DNA of 44,113 nucleotides from a virus (Duplodnaviria; Heunggongvirae; Uroviricota; Caudoviricetes): IMG/VR virus record IMGVR_UViG_2630968800_000004; one strand, 5' to 3'. Shown piece by piece: positions 42,425 to 44,113 of this stretch (position 1 is its first letter; each line of letters starts with the position of its first letter). The notes under the pieces were generated by a model. It saw only the letters and a program-made list of their open reading frames with translations, ran no database searches and was not told where the DNA came from. The position numbers and the translations under genes were made by a program.

Positions 42425-42727
42425 ATGAGCAGAAAAACCCAACGTTACTCTAAAGAGTTCAAAGCCGAAGCTGTCAGAACGGTTCTTGAAAATCAACTTT
42501 CGATCAGTGAAGGCGCTTCCCGATTATCCCTTCCTGAAGGCACTTTAGGACAATGGGTTACCGCCGCCAGAAAAGGGCTCGGTACTCCTGGTTCCCGCAC
42601 GGTGGCTGAACTGGAATCTGAAATTCTGCAACTGCGTAAGGCGTTAAATGAAGCTCGCCTTGAGCGCGATATATTAAAAAAAGCAACAGCGTATTTTGCA
42701 CAGGAGTCGCTGAAAAATACGCGTTAA
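42425..42727 (+). CDS. IS600 OrfA
   Basis: 100-aa ORF. Confidence 0.85.
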   Translation: MSRKTQRYSKEFKAEAVRTVLENQLSISEGASRLSLPEGTLGQWVTAARKGLGTPGSRTVAELESEILQLRKALNEARLERDILKKATAYFAQESLKNTR

Positions 42728-42762
42728 TCGAACAATGGCGACAACAATTTCCCATTGAAGCG

Positions 42763-43581
42763 ATGTGTCAGGTATTTGGTGTATCCAGGAGCGGTTATTA
42801 CAACTGGGTACAGCATGAACCCTCAGACAGAAAACAAAGTGATGAGCGGCTAAAACCGGAGATTAAGGTGGCACATATCCGCACTCGCGAAACATATGGA
42901 ACCCGGCGGCTCCAGACGGAGCTGGCAGAGAATGGCATCATCGTTGGTCGTGACCGACTGGCACGTCTTCGTAAGGAGCTGAGGCTACGCTGTAAGCAGA
43001 AACGCAAGTTCAGAGCGACTACGAACCCGAACCACAATCTGCCAGTTGCGCCAAATCTGCTGAACCAGACGTTCGCTCCTACAGCACCAAATCAGGTCTG
43101 GGTGGCGGACCTGACGTATGTTGCCACACAGGAGGGATGGTTGTACCTCGCTGGCATCAAAGATGTTTATACGTGCGAAATTGTCGGCTACGCCATGGGA
43201 GAGCGCATGACAAAAGAGCTGACAGGTAAAGCCCTGTTTATGGCGCTCAGGAGCCAGCGCCCACCTGCCGGGCTAATCCACTACTCTGATCGAGGTTCAC
43301 AGTACTGCGCATACGATTACCGGGTCATACAGGAGCAGTCTGGTCTGAAAACATCAATGTCGCGTAAAGGTAACTGTTACGACAACGCTCCGATGGAAAG
43401 CTTCTGGGGAACGCTGAAAAATGAGAGCCTGAGCCACTATCGTTTTAATAACCGGGATGAAGCCATCTCAGTAATACGGGAATACATTGAGATTTTCTAC
43501 AATCGTCAGCGTCGTCACTCTCGTCTGGGGAATATCTCCCCGGCAGCCTTCAGGGAAAAATATCATCAGATGGCTGCTTAA
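42763..43581 (+). CDS. IS600 OrfB
   Basis: 272-aa ORF. Confidence 0.85.
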   Translation: MCQVFGVSRSGYYNWVQHEPSDRKQSDERLKPEIKVAHIRTRETYGTRRLQTELAENGIIVGRDRLARLRKELRLRCKQKRKFRATTNPNHNLPVAPNLLNQTFAPTAPNQVWVADLTYVATQEGWLYLAGIKDVYTCEIVGYAMGERMTKELTGKALFMALRSQRPPAGLIHYSDRGSQYCAYDYRVIQEQSGLKTSMSRKGNCYDNAPMESFWGTLKNESLSHYRFNNRDEAISVIREYIEIFYNRQRRHSRLGNISPAAFREKYHQMAA

Positions 43582-43837
43582 AAAAAGAACAAATGGTAGT
43601 GTCCGCTATTGCCAGTACACCTCAGTTTATGAATGGCAAAAGGACGTTGATTTGCATCAGGTCTTGTGGAGCCGCTCGCGATTAGGTGAACGCCCAAAAG
43701 GGCAGGGAATTACAGGTGCTGATCATTTCTGGTTTGGTCATACACCGTTGCGACATCGCGTGGATATTGGCAACCTGCATTATATTGATACCGGTGCTGT
43801 CTTTGGGGGCTAACTGACTCTTGTGCAACTGCAATAA

Positions 43838-44113
43838 TTAAAAATCACCATACTCCTGTGCTGGTTGCCAGAAACCATCTATAAAATCCTCAATCGGAAA
43901 ACAACTGCCATGGCGGATCCGTTGATCGCTCATAGAATAAAGACACTGCTGTTCCGTGTTGTAGACATCCACAACAATATCTTCACAACCGCCATCCAGG
44001 TAGCAAACAAAAAGTACCAGCGCGAACATTTCATCCCCGAAGTGTGGTGCCGTACCGTTAAGTTTAGGAGAGATTTTACAACGGGGGAATAACCAGGACA
44101 AATAACCCGCCAT
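43838..44113 (-). CDS. Hypothetical protein (91 aa); start codon at the window edge
   Basis: ORF on the minus strand beginning at the final ATG (revcomp of the last 3 bases). Confidence 0.35.
   Translation of the reverse strand: MAGYLSWLFPRCKISPKLNGTAPHFGDEMFALVLFVCYLDGGCEDIVVDVYNTEQQCLYSMSDQRIRHGSCFPIEDFIDGFWQPAQEYGDF

Larger units (their letters stand above)
42361..43624 (+). mobile_element. IS600 copy 4, 1264 bp; simple insertion with 3-bp TSD GTT
   Basis: GTT at 42358-42360 and 43625-43627. Confidence 0.9.
41914..43813 (+). pseudogene. pphA: PP2A/lambda-phosphatase-family Ser/Thr protein phosphatase (PrpA/PphA-like) interrupted by IS600
   Basis: Motifs GDIHG, GDVIDRG, RGNHE; ORF 41914-42360 and in-frame continuation 43625-43813 (YEWQKDVDLHQVLW...AVFGG). 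Confidence 0.65.

Overview
This 44.1-kb window looks like Shigella/E. coli chromosome: a mosaic of prophage remnants and islands heavily scrambled by insertion sequences, with one segment that I cannot explain by ordinary enteric biology. All calls rest on reading the sequence and the supplied ORF track; family names come from recall of motifs, not from database searches. Roughly a quarter of the window is IS DNA: IS600 x4 (one 5'-truncated), IS1 x4, IS2 x2, IS911 x1 plus a solo end remnant, and IS629 x1. Left to right: a LysR-family regulator fragment cut by IS600; a lambdoid early-right region (YdaU-like replication gene split by IS2, DnaC-like loader, HNH endonuclease, hok toxin, YbcO-like and Q-like genes, a late-promoter-like element and terminator, an antirepressor-like gene split by IS600); a four-tRNA array (Ile2-like CAU, Arg UCU, Thr UGU, Gly UCC); a 534-aa tyrosine integrase immediately after the tRNA-Gly; then three tandem ~120-bp repeats each carrying an exact 23-nt phage T7 RNA polymerase promoter consensus, followed by AT-rich TTAAAG-type iterons and cut off by IS911. 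Further right: tail-fibre genes, the sitABCD operon with MntR and Fur boxes, an integrase split by IS1, IS629, an uncharacterised leftward operon with a P-loop ATPase, a Rha-like gene, a second tail-fibre fragment and intact assembly-like gene, an ipaH effector with a MxiE box, and a PP2A-like phosphatase (pphA/prpA-like) interrupted by IS600. The integrase-linked T7-promoter/iteron module is the most unusual feature and the best candidate for an undescribed system; its far boundary is lost to IS911 and no T7-like RNA polymerase gene is present in the window.
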